Of a stretch of DNA of 64,000 nt, positions 28,798 through 38,471 are shown piece after piece. The first letter of the stretch is position 1; the number at the start of each line of letters is the position of its first letter. The translations under genes were made by a program, and so were the position numbers. The notes under the pieces were generated by a model. That model had not been told where the DNA came from. It saw nothing but the letters and a program-made list of their open reading frames with translations, and ran no database searches. Location: the NCBI GenBank assembly GCA_048213135.1, contig PS015010.1, positions 558,001 to 622,000 of the forward strand. The letters are read 5' to 3'. This DNA comes from Reclinomonas americana ATCC 50394 (taxonomy: Eukaryota).

Positions 28798-29997
28798 ATG
28801 AAATCAAAGCTGGTTGTAATAGCCGCCCTGCTGGTAATGGTAACCTGGGCAGTGTCCTGTTCCAAGCTGGATCCGCCTTTGCCCAAAGACGATGAAATAC
28901 TGGACGGGCCTGTGGAAGGGCTCACGTACGGGCAAAACCAAAAATTCCTGGCGGGGGATATCGCCTTTAATGACGAGATATTTACCGTACAAAAAGGCCT
29001 GGGTTCCATCTTTGTTGCTACCAGTTGCGGAAGCTGTCATGCCGGTGATGGGAAAGGGCATCCTTTTACCACCCTTACCCGGTTCGGGCAAATTGACGCC
29101 ACGGGTAATCATTTCCTGCATTTGGGAGGTCCCCAGCTTCAGAACAGGGCCATCCCGGGCTATCAGCCGGAACAGGTACCGGCGGGGGCTACTTTTTCCA
29201 GGTTTACACCCCCGGCCAATACAGGATTAGGATTTCTTGACGCGGTTACCGATGCCGATATACTCGCTATGGCTGATCCAAACGATGCCGACGGGGATGG
29301 TATCAGCGGTGTCCCCAACTGGGTTCACATGCGGCCTTATTCCAGGGAAAGGACGGCCAGTGTAACGAATAACGGGAAGTACATCGGGCGCTTTGGGAAA
29401 AAAGGCGCTACCTACGATCTCCTGCAGCAAACGGCGACCGCCTATAACCAGGATATTGGTATTACATCCTCATTTGAACCGCAGGACGTTTACTCGGGTC
29501 ATGATATCGACCCCGAAGTGTCCAATAATACGGTGCTGAACGTGGTCTTCTATCTGCAGACATTAAAAGCGCCTGTTCAACGTATGCCAAACGACGCGTC
29601 CGTAATAGCAGGGCGGCAATTGTTTACCGCCATTACCTGCAGCAAATGTCATACACCGGAATTAAAAACAGGATATTCTCCTGTACAGCCATTGTCTTAC
29701 AAAACTTTCTTTCCTTATACCGACCTGTTGCTGCATGATATGGGGCCCGGGCTTGACGATGGATATACAGAAGGTACGGCGAAAACTTCTGAGTGGCGCA
29801 CGCCTCCGTTATGGGGACTGGGATTGTCTGTGAACTCACAAGGAGGGCAGTACTTCCTCCTGCATGATGGAAGGGCAACTACCATTGAGCAGGCCATACT
29901 GTTGCATGGTGGAGAAGCCGCTGCTGCCAGGAATAAATACCAGTCACTGAACGCGGAAGACAAAAACAATCTTTTAAAATTTTTAGAAAGTTTATAA
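28798..29997 (+). CDS. Di-heme oxidoreductase (DHOR) family lipoprotein
   Basis: Lipobox WAVSC, CGSCH and CSKCH, DPNDADGDGISG, YTDLLLHDMG, WRTPPLWG, LHDGRA. Confidence 0.9.
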   Translation: MKSKLVVIAALLVMVTWAVSCSKLDPPLPKDDEILDGPVEGLTYGQNQKFLAGDIAFNDEIFTVQKGLGSIFVATSCGSCHAGDGKGHPFTTLTRFGQIDATGNHFLHLGGPQLQNRAIPGYQPEQVPAGATFSRFTPPANTGLGFLDAVTDADILAMADPNDADGDGISGVPNWVHMRPYSRERTASVTNNGKYIGRFGKKGATYDLLQQTATAYNQDIGITSSFEPQDVYSGHDIDPEVSNNTVLNVVFYLQTLKAPVQRMPNDASVIAGRQLFTAITCSKCHTPELKTGYSPVQPLSYKTFFPYTDLLLHDMGPGLDDGYTEGTAKTSEWRTPPLWGLGLSVNSQGGQYFLLHDGRATTIEQAILLHGGEAAAARNKYQSLNAEDKNNLLKFLESL

Positions 29998-30438
29998 ATG
30001 AACAGGAGAAACTTTATTAAGCAATCCTGCATCGCCTGTATTACGGGTATTGCCGCCAGTGAGCTGCTGCAAAGTTGTACCGCGACAAAATATGCGACCG
30101 GTAGTATTAAGGAAGACTATATGCTGGTGCAGCGGGAAGATTTTTTGATTGACAGGAATAAACCCGGAAACTACAGGAAATATGTAATTGCTGAGAATGA
30201 CAGGTTAAGGTTTCCTATCTGTATCTACCGTTTCACAGATACGGAATATGAAGCATTTTGGATGGAGTGCACACACAATGGCGCACAGTTGCAGGTATTC
30301 GGTGATAAGCTGCAATGCCCGGCCCATGGCAGCGAATTTAACAATAGGGGAGCTGTTCAAAGCGGCCCTGCCGACAAACCCTTAAGAAAATTCCCGGTAA
30401 CAATAGAAGGTAACCAGTTAAAAATCTCCCTGAAATGA
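29998..30438 (+). CDS. Rieske [2Fe-2S] protein with Tat-type signal
   Basis: MNRRNFIK, CTHNG..CPAHGSEF. Confidence 0.9.
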   Translation: MNRRNFIKQSCIACITGIAASELLQSCTATKYATGSIKEDYMLVQREDFLIDRNKPGNYRKYVIAENDRLRFPICIYRFTDTEYEAFWMECTHNGAQLQVFGDKLQCPAHGSEFNNRGAVQSGPADKPLRKFPVTIEGNQLKISLK

Positions 30439-31661
30439 AAATAGTTCTGGCCATAGTATTTACTTTTTTTACGTTTGGTATCAGCCAGGCCCAGATTGAT
30501 CCCTCACTGCTAAGACGTATTCCAAAAGATACTTCAAAGACAACGATGAATATGGATGCTGTGTATAACCGCCCCATGCTGGGCATCGGTAAAATACCGG
30601 TATCGGTAGGCGGGTATATGGAAACGAACTGGCTGCGTTCATCGACTGATGGAGTTAGTGAAGGGCACCAGTTTCAATTCAGGCGGCTGACGATCTTTTT
30701 GTCTTCATCCATTGGTAAGCGGTTGAAGTTTTTGAGCGAGATAGAATTTGAGGATGGGACAAAAGAAATATCAGTTGAATTTGCGGCTTTGGATGTTGAA
30801 TTCCATCCTTTGTTCAATTTACGGGGAGGCATTATCTTAAATCCTATCGGGTCATTTAACCAGAACCATGATGGTCCTAAATGGGAATTTACAGATCGCC
30901 CCGTATCAGCAACGCAATTACTGCCTGCCACCTGGAGCAATGCCGGTTTGGGTATTTACGGCAAGAAGTACACCGGTGACTGGATGCTGGGTTATGAGGC
31001 TTATCTGTCCAATGGGTTCAATAATGCGATCATCGACAATGAAGAAAATAAAACTTTTCTGGCAGCGGCCAGGGAGGATACAGAACGGTTTGAGGAAAGC
31101 AACAACGGTAAGCCTTTACTGACGGCAAAGATCGCGGCAAGGCATAAAACATACGGAGAGGTGGGTATTTCCTACATGGGTGGCATCTATAACAAATTCG
31201 AGGAAGACGGTATAAGGCTCGATGATAAGAGACGGTGTGAAGTAATTGCAATTGATTACAGCAATACGTTACCAGTACTCAACACGGTGATTACCGGTGA
31301 ATGGGCATGGGTGAAGGTAAATGTACCATCGACGTATACAGAACAATATGGCAGCAGGCAGCATGGAGGATTCGTTGACCTCGTACAACCGGTTCTGAAA
31401 CGAAAAGTATTAGGTTGGAATAACGCTGTTGTCAATCTTGCCTGCCGGTTGGAATATGTGGACTGGAATGCGGACAGGTTTAAAAGCACAGGGGGACGGA
31501 TTGCAGACGATCTCTGGAGCATTATGCCGGCGGTTAGTTTCCGGCCAACCGCACAAACCGTTTTCAGGCTGAATTACCGGTACCAGAAGCAAAGAGACCT
31601 GCTGGGTAATCCTCCCGCTGTTACCGGCGCTTTCAGTTTCGGTATATCAACTTATTTCTAA
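30435..31661 (+). CDS. Outer-membrane beta-barrel/porin-like protein
   Basis: Signal peptide, FLSEIEFE, alternating beta pattern, C-terminal ISTYF. Confidence 0.7.
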   Translation: MKIVLAIVFTFFTFGISQAQIDPSLLRRIPKDTSKTTMNMDAVYNRPMLGIGKIPVSVGGYMETNWLRSSTDGVSEGHQFQFRRLTIFLSSSIGKRLKFLSEIEFEDGTKEISVEFAALDVEFHPLFNLRGGIILNPIGSFNQNHDGPKWEFTDRPVSATQLLPATWSNAGLGIYGKKYTGDWMLGYEAYLSNGFNNAIIDNEENKTFLAAAREDTERFEESNNGKPLLTAKIAARHKTYGEVGISYMGGIYNKFEEDGIRLDDKRRCEVIAIDYSNTLPVLNTVITGEWAWVKVNVPSTYTEQYGSRQHGGFVDLVQPVLKRKVLGWNNAVVNLACRLEYVDWNADRFKSTGGRIADDLWSIMPAVSFRPTAQTVFRLNYRYQKQRDLLGNPPAVTGAFSFGISTYF

Positions 31662-31737
31662 ACCCTTAACATGACTTTGCAACAGGGTTGACATTTTTTC
31701 CGGTTTGAAATACAAAATTTGTGTTTATTTTGTTCCG

Positions 31738-32058
31738 ATGAAGCTGTTGCTGCTCATACTAAGCGGTTATTTTCTTTACCTGTCAAGCCTTCCCTGCGCT
31801 GACAGGCAGGACATAACTGCAATACAGGAGCGCACGATAACCTCCGCCCAGGGGGACCATAATCATCGTCATAAGAACGATACTTGCCCGCCATTTTGCA
31901 TTTGTACCTGTTGTGCCGCTTATGCAGTTTACCAGCAACCGGCAAAAGCAACTTCGGTAAAACTCTTTTTCAAATCCCGGAAGCATATCATTGCCAATGA
32001 TTTTTTTCTCTCACAGGAATTCTCTTCTATCTGGCAACCGCCTAAAATAGCCTGTTAA
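31738..32058 (+). CDS. DUF6660-like Cys/His-rich small protein (uORF)
   Basis: Signal-like N-terminus ending LPCAD, HNHRH, CPPFCICTCC, C-terminal SIWQPPK. Confidence 0.8.
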   Translation: MKLLLLILSGYFLYLSSLPCADRQDITAIQERTITSAQGDHNHRHKNDTCPPFCICTCCAAYAVYQQPAKATSVKLFFKSRKHIIANDFFLSQEFSSIWQPPKIAC

Positions 32059-32259
32059 CTTATTTGGATCGGTCTGGTATGACCGCAATGGTTATACTGT
32101 TTGCTCAGTCTGATGACTGTTATGCAAAAGACCAGGCAATGCCTTGTTATCAGGGTACTTACAACAATCGTTATTGTGTCTCGTTCTGGCTATCCTTATC
32201 GCGGCTGTTATCAGCCAGGTAAGGCATGCGTTTCGGCATGTAACAACTAACCATCAATC

Positions 32260-35200
32260 ATGTTAAATAAAATTATTCACTTTAGTATAAAGCACAAACT
32301 GCTTATCGGTATTATGACGGTGGCGCTCATAATATGGGGGGTATGGAGTGCTACAAAGCTCCCTGTAGATGCGGTGCCGGATATCACCAATAACCAGGTG
32401 CAGATCATTACGCTTACGCCTACGCTGGCCGCACAGGAAGCTGAACAACTGGTTACCTATCCCATTGAGCAAAGCCTCGCCAATCTTCCCGACCTGGAAG
32501 AAATGCGCTCTGTTTCCCGGTTTGGTCTGTCTGTAATCACCGTTGTTTTTCACGATGATGTTGATATCTATTTTGCCCGCCAGCTGATCAATGAAAAGCT
32601 GAAGGAGGCGGAGGAAAAAATTCCCAAAGGGATCGGGAAACCCGAACTGGCGCCTGTAAGTACAGGGCTGGGGGAGATATACCAGTATATCATACATCCT
32701 AAAAAAGGGGCAGAAGATAAGTATTCGGCTATGGATCTGAGGACCATGCAGGATTGGATCGTGGCCCGGCAGCTGTATGGTACAGCCGGGGTGGCGGAAG
32801 TCAATAGTTTTGGGGGATTATTGAAACAATATGAAGTCGCAGTCAACCCGGCAAGGCTGAAGGCCATGAATGTTACTATTGCTGAAATCTTTTCTGCCCT
32901 GGAAAAGAACAATGAAAACACAGGAGGTGCTTACATCGATAAAAAACCCAATGCCTATTTTATCCGTGGTATCGGGCTGTTGTCTTCTATGGATGATGTA
33001 GGGAATATCGTTATCAAAAAAGTCAACAATATCCCGGTTCTTGTAAAAAATGTCGCGGAGGTAAAACTGGGTAACGCCGTACGTTATGGCTCGGTTACCT
33101 ATAATGGGAAAAAGGAAGTAGTGGGCGGTATTGTCATGATGCTGAAAGGAGCGAACAGTGCCGCTGTTGTTAAAAGGGTGAAGGCTAAAATGGAGTCTAT
33201 CAAAAAAGCTTTGCCCGCCGATATTGAAATTGAGCCGTTCCTGGACCGTACCAGTCTTGTGGAAAGAGCCGTAAGTACGGTTAAAACGAACCTGATAGAA
33301 GGAGCTATTATCGTGATATTCGTCCTCGTTCTTTTCTTAGGCAACCTTCGTGCAGGCCTCATCGTAGCTTCTGCCATCCCGCTTTCAATGCTGTTTGCTT
33401 TGGGTATGATGCGTTTATTTGGAGTAAGCGCTAACCTGATGAGTTTAGGCGCAATCGATTTTGGATTAATTGTAGATGGAGCGCTGATCATTGTAGAAGC
33501 AACCATGCATCATTTGGGATTACGATCAGGTGCCGGGAAGCTCAGTCAGCAGCAAATGGATGAGGAAGTATACCAGTCTGCGGCTAAGATCCGTACCAGC
33601 GCCGCATTTGGCGAGATCATCATCCTTATTGTATACATACCGATTTTAACACTGGTGGGTATTGAAGGTAAAATGTTCAAACCTATGGCGCAAACGGTAA
33701 GTTTTGCCATCTTAGGCGCCTTACTACTTTCCCTTACCTATATTCCGATGATGTCGGCTTTATGTCTTTCAAAGAAAATTGTCCATCAACGGACCATATC
33801 AGATCGCATGATGGACTTCTTTCAAAAGGGATATGCCCCGCTGATCCGGTGGGCCATCAGGGTGAAATATTTCCTTGTTTCCGGTGCAGTAGTCTTATTA
33901 GCCATCAGCATCTTCATTTTCTCCAGGATGGGCGGTGAATTCATTCCTCAATTACAGGAAGGTGATTATGCTTTCCACTGCATTCTGCCGCAGGGCACTT
34001 CCTTATCACAGAGCATCGAAACATCCATGCAGGCAAGTCATATCATTAAATCATTTCCAGAAGTTAAAATGGTGGTAGGTAAAACCGGAAGTGCAGAGGT
34101 ACCTACCGATCCTATGCCTCCTGAAGCTACAGATCTCATTATTGTATTGAAGCCTAAGAGTGAATGGACAACCACCAAGGACTATAATGAACTGGCCTCG
34201 ATGATGATAGAGAAGCTGGAAGCCATACCGGGCGTATTCTTTGAAGCTTCACAACCGATACAGATGCGGTTTAATGAATTAATGACAGGGGTCAGGCAGG
34301 ATGTGGCCATTAAAGTATTTGGCGAAAATATTGATACGCTGGCAAGCCTGGCCCCCAAAGTCGCTAAAGTGATTCAGTCCGTTAAAGGAGCAACTGAACC
34401 ACAGGTAGAAAGAACGACCGGGCTGCCGCAGATCACCATTCAGTATGACCGGGCCCGGATAGCAGGTTATGGATTAAATATAGAAGACATCAACCATACC
34501 ATCAGTACTGCATTTGCCGGTGAAGCTGCGGGAGTTGTATTTGAAAATGAACGAAAGTTTGATTTGGTGGTACGTCTTGATAGTGCCAGCAGAACGTCTA
34601 TCGATGATGTTAGCAACCTGTTTATTGCAACCCCGGACGGGGCGCAGATCCCGCTGTCGCAGGTGGCTAATATTTCTTTTAAAGAAGGCCCTGCCCAAAT
34701 CAGCCGTGAAGATGGGAAAAGAAGGATTGTTGTTGGGTTTAATGTTAAGGGCAGAGATGTCGCCAGTGTTGTTAAAGACATACAGGAAAAACTGGAAGCC
34801 GCCAAACTCCTTTCCCCGGGCTATTACTATACCTATGGGGGCACATTTGAGAATTTACAGGAAGCGTCTGCCAGGCTGATGATAGCTGTGCCGGTTGCCC
34901 TGGCACTTATCTTTCTATTGCTTTATTTAACCTTCGGTTCTGTAAAGGAGGCAACGCTTATCTACACTGCTATTCCGATGAGTGCCATCGGTGGGGTATT
35001 TGCATTGCTGTTACGAGGGATGCCCTTCAGTATTTCAGCAGGGGTAGGTTTTATTGCGCTGTTTGGTGTGGCGGTATTAAATGGTATTGTGCTCATAAGC
35101 ACATTTAATCAATTGGAAAAAGAAGGAATGAAAGATGTCATACAGCGGGTGCTGGAAGGTACGAAAATCCGCTTGCGGCCTGTGTTGATGACTGCCACAG

Positions 35201-35388
35201 TGGCTTCATTGGGTTTTTTTCCGATGGCGCTTTCTTCAGGAGCAGGTGCCGAAGTTCAAAAACCCCTGGCTACAGTGGTTATTGGAGGCCTCATCACCGC
35301 AACATTTCTTACGTTGATAGTGCTTCCCTTACTCTATATTATTTTTTCCGGAAAACAAAAAGCAGTTAAAAATGAAACAGGTAATTAA
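32260..35388 (+). CDS. czcA: CusA/CzcA heavy-metal RND pump
   Basis: DAVPDITNNQVQ, SRFGLS, GAIDFGLIVDG, RLRPVLMTA, GAEVQKPLATVVIGG. Confidence 0.95.
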   Translation: MLNKIIHFSIKHKLLIGIMTVALIIWGVWSATKLPVDAVPDITNNQVQIITLTPTLAAQEAEQLVTYPIEQSLANLPDLEEMRSVSRFGLSVITVVFHDDVDIYFARQLINEKLKEAEEKIPKGIGKPELAPVSTGLGEIYQYIIHPKKGAEDKYSAMDLRTMQDWIVARQLYGTAGVAEVNSFGGLLKQYEVAVNPARLKAMNVTIAEIFSALEKNNENTGGAYIDKKPNAYFIRGIGLLSSMDDVGNIVIKKVNNIPVLVKNVAEVKLGNAVRYGSVTYNGKKEVVGGIVMMLKGANSAAVVKRVKAKMESIKKALPADIEIEPFLDRTSLVERAVSTVKTNLIEGAIIVIFVLVLFLGNLRAGLIVASAIPLSMLFALGMMRLFGVSANLMSLGAIDFGLIVDGALIIVEATMHHLGLRSGAGKLSQQQMDEEVYQSAAKIRTSAAFGEIIILIVYIPILTLVGIEGKMFKPMAQTVSFAILGALLLSLTYIPMMSALCLSKKIVHQRTISDRMMDFFQKGYAPLIRWAIRVKYFLVSGAVVLLAISIFIFSRMGGEFIPQLQEGDYAFHCILPQGTSLSQSIETSMQASHIIKSFPEVKMVVGKTGSAEVPTDPMPPEATDLIIVLKPKSEWTTTKDYNELASMMIEKLEAIPGVFFEASQPIQMRFNELMTGVRQDVAIKVFGENIDTLASLAPKVAKVIQSVKGATEPQVERTTGLPQITIQYDRARIAGYGLNIEDINHTISTAFAGEAAGVVFENERKFDLVVRLDSASRTSIDDVSNLFIATPDGAQIPLSQVANISFKEGPAQISREDGKRRIVVGFNVKGRDVASVVKDIQEKLEAAKLLSPGYYYTYGGTFENLQEASARLMIAVPVALALIFLLLYLTFGSVKEATLIYTAIPMSAIGGVFALLLRGMPFSISAGVGFIALFGVAVLNGIVLISTFNQLEKEGMKDVIQRVLEGTKIRLRPVLMTATVASLGFFPMALSSGAGAEVQKPLATVVIGGLITATFLTLIVLPLLYIIFSGKQKAVKNETGN

Positions 35389-36628
35389 GTCAGGATATAA
35401 TTCCAGTATTACTCACGGTACAGGACGAAGTATGTGGTCCGGTATGAAGGCCTTTTTTGTAATGATGTTTCTGCTGGGTTTATTACAGGCCGGTGCGCAA
35501 CAAAAAATAAAGATCGAAGACGCGGTAGCCCTTGGGAAAAACAACCTGCAGTATGCCATTAATAAAGAACAGGTCAATAAAAGCCAGGCACAGGTAAAAA
35601 CAGCCGGGGCACTGCCAAAGACCGGTTTATTTGCTGAAAATGAGGATATGCGCCCGGGAGACAGCAGGGGTATCCTAAAAGTTGGGGTATCTCAAAACAT
35701 GGCATGGCCGGGTTTATATAAAGCCCAGCGAAACTTGTACGGTGAACAGGTAAAATACCACCAGGCCAATGCGGCGGTGCTCGATGCAATGGTTAAAAGA
35801 GACATCAGGACGGTATATTATCAGCTCTGGTACTTACAGGATAAGCAACAGCTTTTTCTGAGACTGGATAGCATTTACCGGTCTCTGAATGATGCGGCGA
35901 TATTAAAAGTTAAGACAGGGGATAGTCCTGGTCTTGACAGTATATCAGCTAACGTCAGGTGGCGGGAACTGGAAGCATGGCTGCAACAAACCGGCAATGA
36001 TATACAAATACAACAGCAGTTAATGATGCAATTGCTTAATACTGCTGATACGCTGTTGCCGCTAAAACAATCGCTGGAAAAACTCCCCGTTCCCTTTGCT
36101 GTTGATACTTTACACCCGCTGCTGCTTTTGCAGCAACAGCATATCAATATTGCAAATGCGGGTATTAACGTTGCCAGGAATGAGAACAGGCCTGAATTTT
36201 CAGGGCGCTTCTTTAGTCAGCGGCTGTATGGTATGCGTGATCCTTATACCGGCTTTTCAGTTACTGCGGCTTTCCCTTTATTAGGTATGGGGGCTTATAA
36301 AAATAAAATTCAGACGGCCAAAGCTGAAGTGGCCATGCAACAAAAGCAGTTGGAATATGAAAAGCAGGTTTTGAATACACAGCAATCACAAATGCGAAGG
36401 GAAGTGGAGAAGAACGGAAGAATGCTGCAGTTCTATGAATCAACAGGCTTAAAGCAGGCGGAGAAAATAATTAAGGCCTCGTCGCTGGCTTACCGGGCAG
36501 GCGAGATCAGTTTTGCAGAGTTGTCGCAATTCTTAACACAGGCCATAGATATTCAACGTAATTATCTCGATAACCTGAATACGTATAATCAATCAGTCAT
36601 TCAATACAATTACTTCATCAATCAATAA
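35372..36628 (+). CDS. TolC/CzcC outer-membrane factor (possibly fused to CzcA)
   Basis: Helical OEP pattern, YRAGEISF; signal peptide begins ~24 aa into ORF. Confidence 0.88.
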   Translation: MKQVIKSGYNSSITHGTGRSMWSGMKAFFVMMFLLGLLQAGAQQKIKIEDAVALGKNNLQYAINKEQVNKSQAQVKTAGALPKTGLFAENEDMRPGDSRGILKVGVSQNMAWPGLYKAQRNLYGEQVKYHQANAAVLDAMVKRDIRTVYYQLWYLQDKQQLFLRLDSIYRSLNDAAILKVKTGDSPGLDSISANVRWRELEAWLQQTGNDIQIQQQLMMQLLNTADTLLPLKQSLEKLPVPFAVDTLHPLLLLQQQHINIANAGINVARNENRPEFSGRFFSQRLYGMRDPYTGFSVTAAFPLLGMGAYKNKIQTAKAEVAMQQKQLEYEKQVLNTQQSQMRREVEKNGRMLQFYESTGLKQAEKIIKASSLAYRAGEISFAELSQFLTQAIDIQRNYLDNLNTYNQSVIQYNYFINQ

Positions 36629-36636
36629 TAACAGCA

Positions 36637-37902
36637 ATGAAGAAAATTATTTTAGCAGCGATGATAGGCTCTGCTTCTCTTTTGTTCGTTTCCTGCGGTG
36701 GTAATGCACCTGCCGGGGAAACAAAAACTGAAGCACAGGGGCATGAAGATGAACATGAAAATCCTAACACGGCAACACTTACGGAAGAGCAGATGAAAAG
36801 TATTGGTGTCGTATTGGGAACAGTTGAAGATAAACAGTTAACCTCCTCGCTAAAGGCCAACGGCATATTGCAGGTGCCTAATCAAAATAAGGCCAGTGTA
36901 AACTCTGTTTATAGTGGTGTCATTAAGTCTTTATTGGTGCAACCCGGAAATGTGGTAAGAAAGGGGCAGACCATCGCAACGATCAGTAATCCCGACTTCA
37001 TCCGTTCACAAAGCGACTACTTAAGTGTAATGGCAAGGATCGGTTTGGCTGAACTGGAAGTAAAAAGACAAAGGGAATTGAATGCCGGGAATGCGGGGGC
37101 TTTAAAAAACCTCCAGTCAGCCGAAACGGAATTGAGAACCTTACGTACTGCAAAGTCCACCCTGGAGCAGCAGATCCGCCTCATGGGAATTAATCCTGCC
37201 CGGCTTTCCAATGGTAAACTGATCTCGGTACTTGCAGTTACCAGTCCTATTAATGGCGTGGTAAGTAATGTATTGGTTAAAATGGGAAGTTATGTTGACC
37301 TGTCTACCCCGGTAGCGGAAATTGTAGATAATAGCCAGCTCCACCTTGACCTGTATGTTTATGAAAAAGATCTGCCTAAGCTAAAGAACAACCAGGCCAT
37401 TCATTTTACATTGACCAATAATCCCGGTAAGGAGTATGATGCACAGATATTCTCTCTGGGCTCATCATTTGAGGGCGAAAGCAAGGCTGTAACGGTTCAT
37501 GCCAAAGTGCAGGGAGATAAAACCGGCCTGATTGATGGTATGAATATCACTGCGGTAATCAGTTTGGATAAAGCTACAGTTCCAGCGGTTCCAACAGAGG
37601 CGATCGTAAGTATCCAGGGGCAGGATTACATTTTTATGCAAACGGAAGAACATACGGAAACGGAGCACAAAGAAGGGGCCGACAGCATTAAACATGAAGA
37701 AAAACATAAAGCTGAAGAAAAGCAGGGGCATCATGAAAGCGGCATCACTTTCGAAAGAATACCGGTAGCTAAAGGAACAACAGATGTAGGATATACCGAG
37801 ATAACCTTATTAAAGGAAATTCCGAAGGACGCCAAAATTGTGGTTAAAGGCGCCTTTTTTGTGATGGCTAAAATGACCAATTCAGGAGAACACGAACATT
37901 AA
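36637..37902 (+). CDS. czcB: RND periplasmic adaptor lipoprotein
   Basis: Lipobox FVSC, His/Glu-rich tracts, VRKGQ, SPINGVV. Confidence 0.92.
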   Translation: MKKIILAAMIGSASLLFVSCGGNAPAGETKTEAQGHEDEHENPNTATLTEEQMKSIGVVLGTVEDKQLTSSLKANGILQVPNQNKASVNSVYSGVIKSLLVQPGNVVRKGQTIATISNPDFIRSQSDYLSVMARIGLAELEVKRQRELNAGNAGALKNLQSAETELRTLRTAKSTLEQQIRLMGINPARLSNGKLISVLAVTSPINGVVSNVLVKMGSYVDLSTPVAEIVDNSQLHLDLYVYEKDLPKLKNNQAIHFTLTNNPGKEYDAQIFSLGSSFEGESKAVTVHAKVQGDKTGLIDGMNITAVISLDKATVPAVPTEAIVSIQGQDYIFMQTEEHTETEHKEGADSIKHEEKHKAEEKQGHHESGITFERIPVAKGTTDVGYTEITLLKEIPKDAKIVVKGAFFVMAKMTNSGEHEH

Positions 37903-37912
37903 ATTTTACAGT

Positions 37913-38284
37913 ATGAATTTTAATACAAAAATGCCCGGCCCGCTAAAGCCCTTTTATCATAAGGAACTGGAAAAGGCGGAGAGGGCATTTGAAAAAATGC
38001 ATTACCAGGTTAGCTGGCGGCATCTCGAAAGGGCGCATATATTGGCACAGCCTTATCCATATCAGCATACGGTGGTTCATTGGAAAATGCTCCGTTTCGG
38101 GATCAAAATTAAAAACCGGAAGGAAGTAATTGGCCAGGTACCGAGATTGCTGGTGGGCGGAGTAAAGTCCTTCGTGGGTACTATACCGGTAGGTAATACT
38201 GGTGGAGCGGATGTACCTCCGTTGAAGTCTATGGAAATTCCGGGTGATATCATAATAATCATTAACAATACGAAAACAAAGTAG
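37913..38284 (+). CDS. DUF3703 family protein
   Basis: WRHLERAHILAQ, H..VHWKML, PVGNTGG. Confidence 0.85.
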   Translation: MNFNTKMPGPLKPFYHKELEKAERAFEKMHYQVSWRHLERAHILAQPYPYQHTVVHWKMLRFGIKIKNRKEVIGQVPRLLVGGVKSFVGTIPVGNTGGADVPPLKSMEIPGDIIIIINNTKTK

Positions 38285-38417
38285 TATGTATTTTTACACT
38301 CATAAAATAAACAAGAATGAACAAAACATATTGCTGGAAATGCGTGATAATACTTGCTTCCATTTTGGGAATGGTTCAGGTCTTTGGCGCATAATATCAG
38401 TTCTGTGCTGATTACAG

Positions 38418-38451
38418 AGGCTGGAGGCAGAAATGCCTGCAGCCTTTTTTT
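38418..38451 (+). terminator. Terminator-like hairpin 20 nt before the ATPase start
   Basis: AGGCTGGAGGCA-GAAA-TGCCTGCAGCCT-TTTTTT. Confidence 0.75.
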
Positions 38452-38471
38452 ATATTATTAACATTTATACA

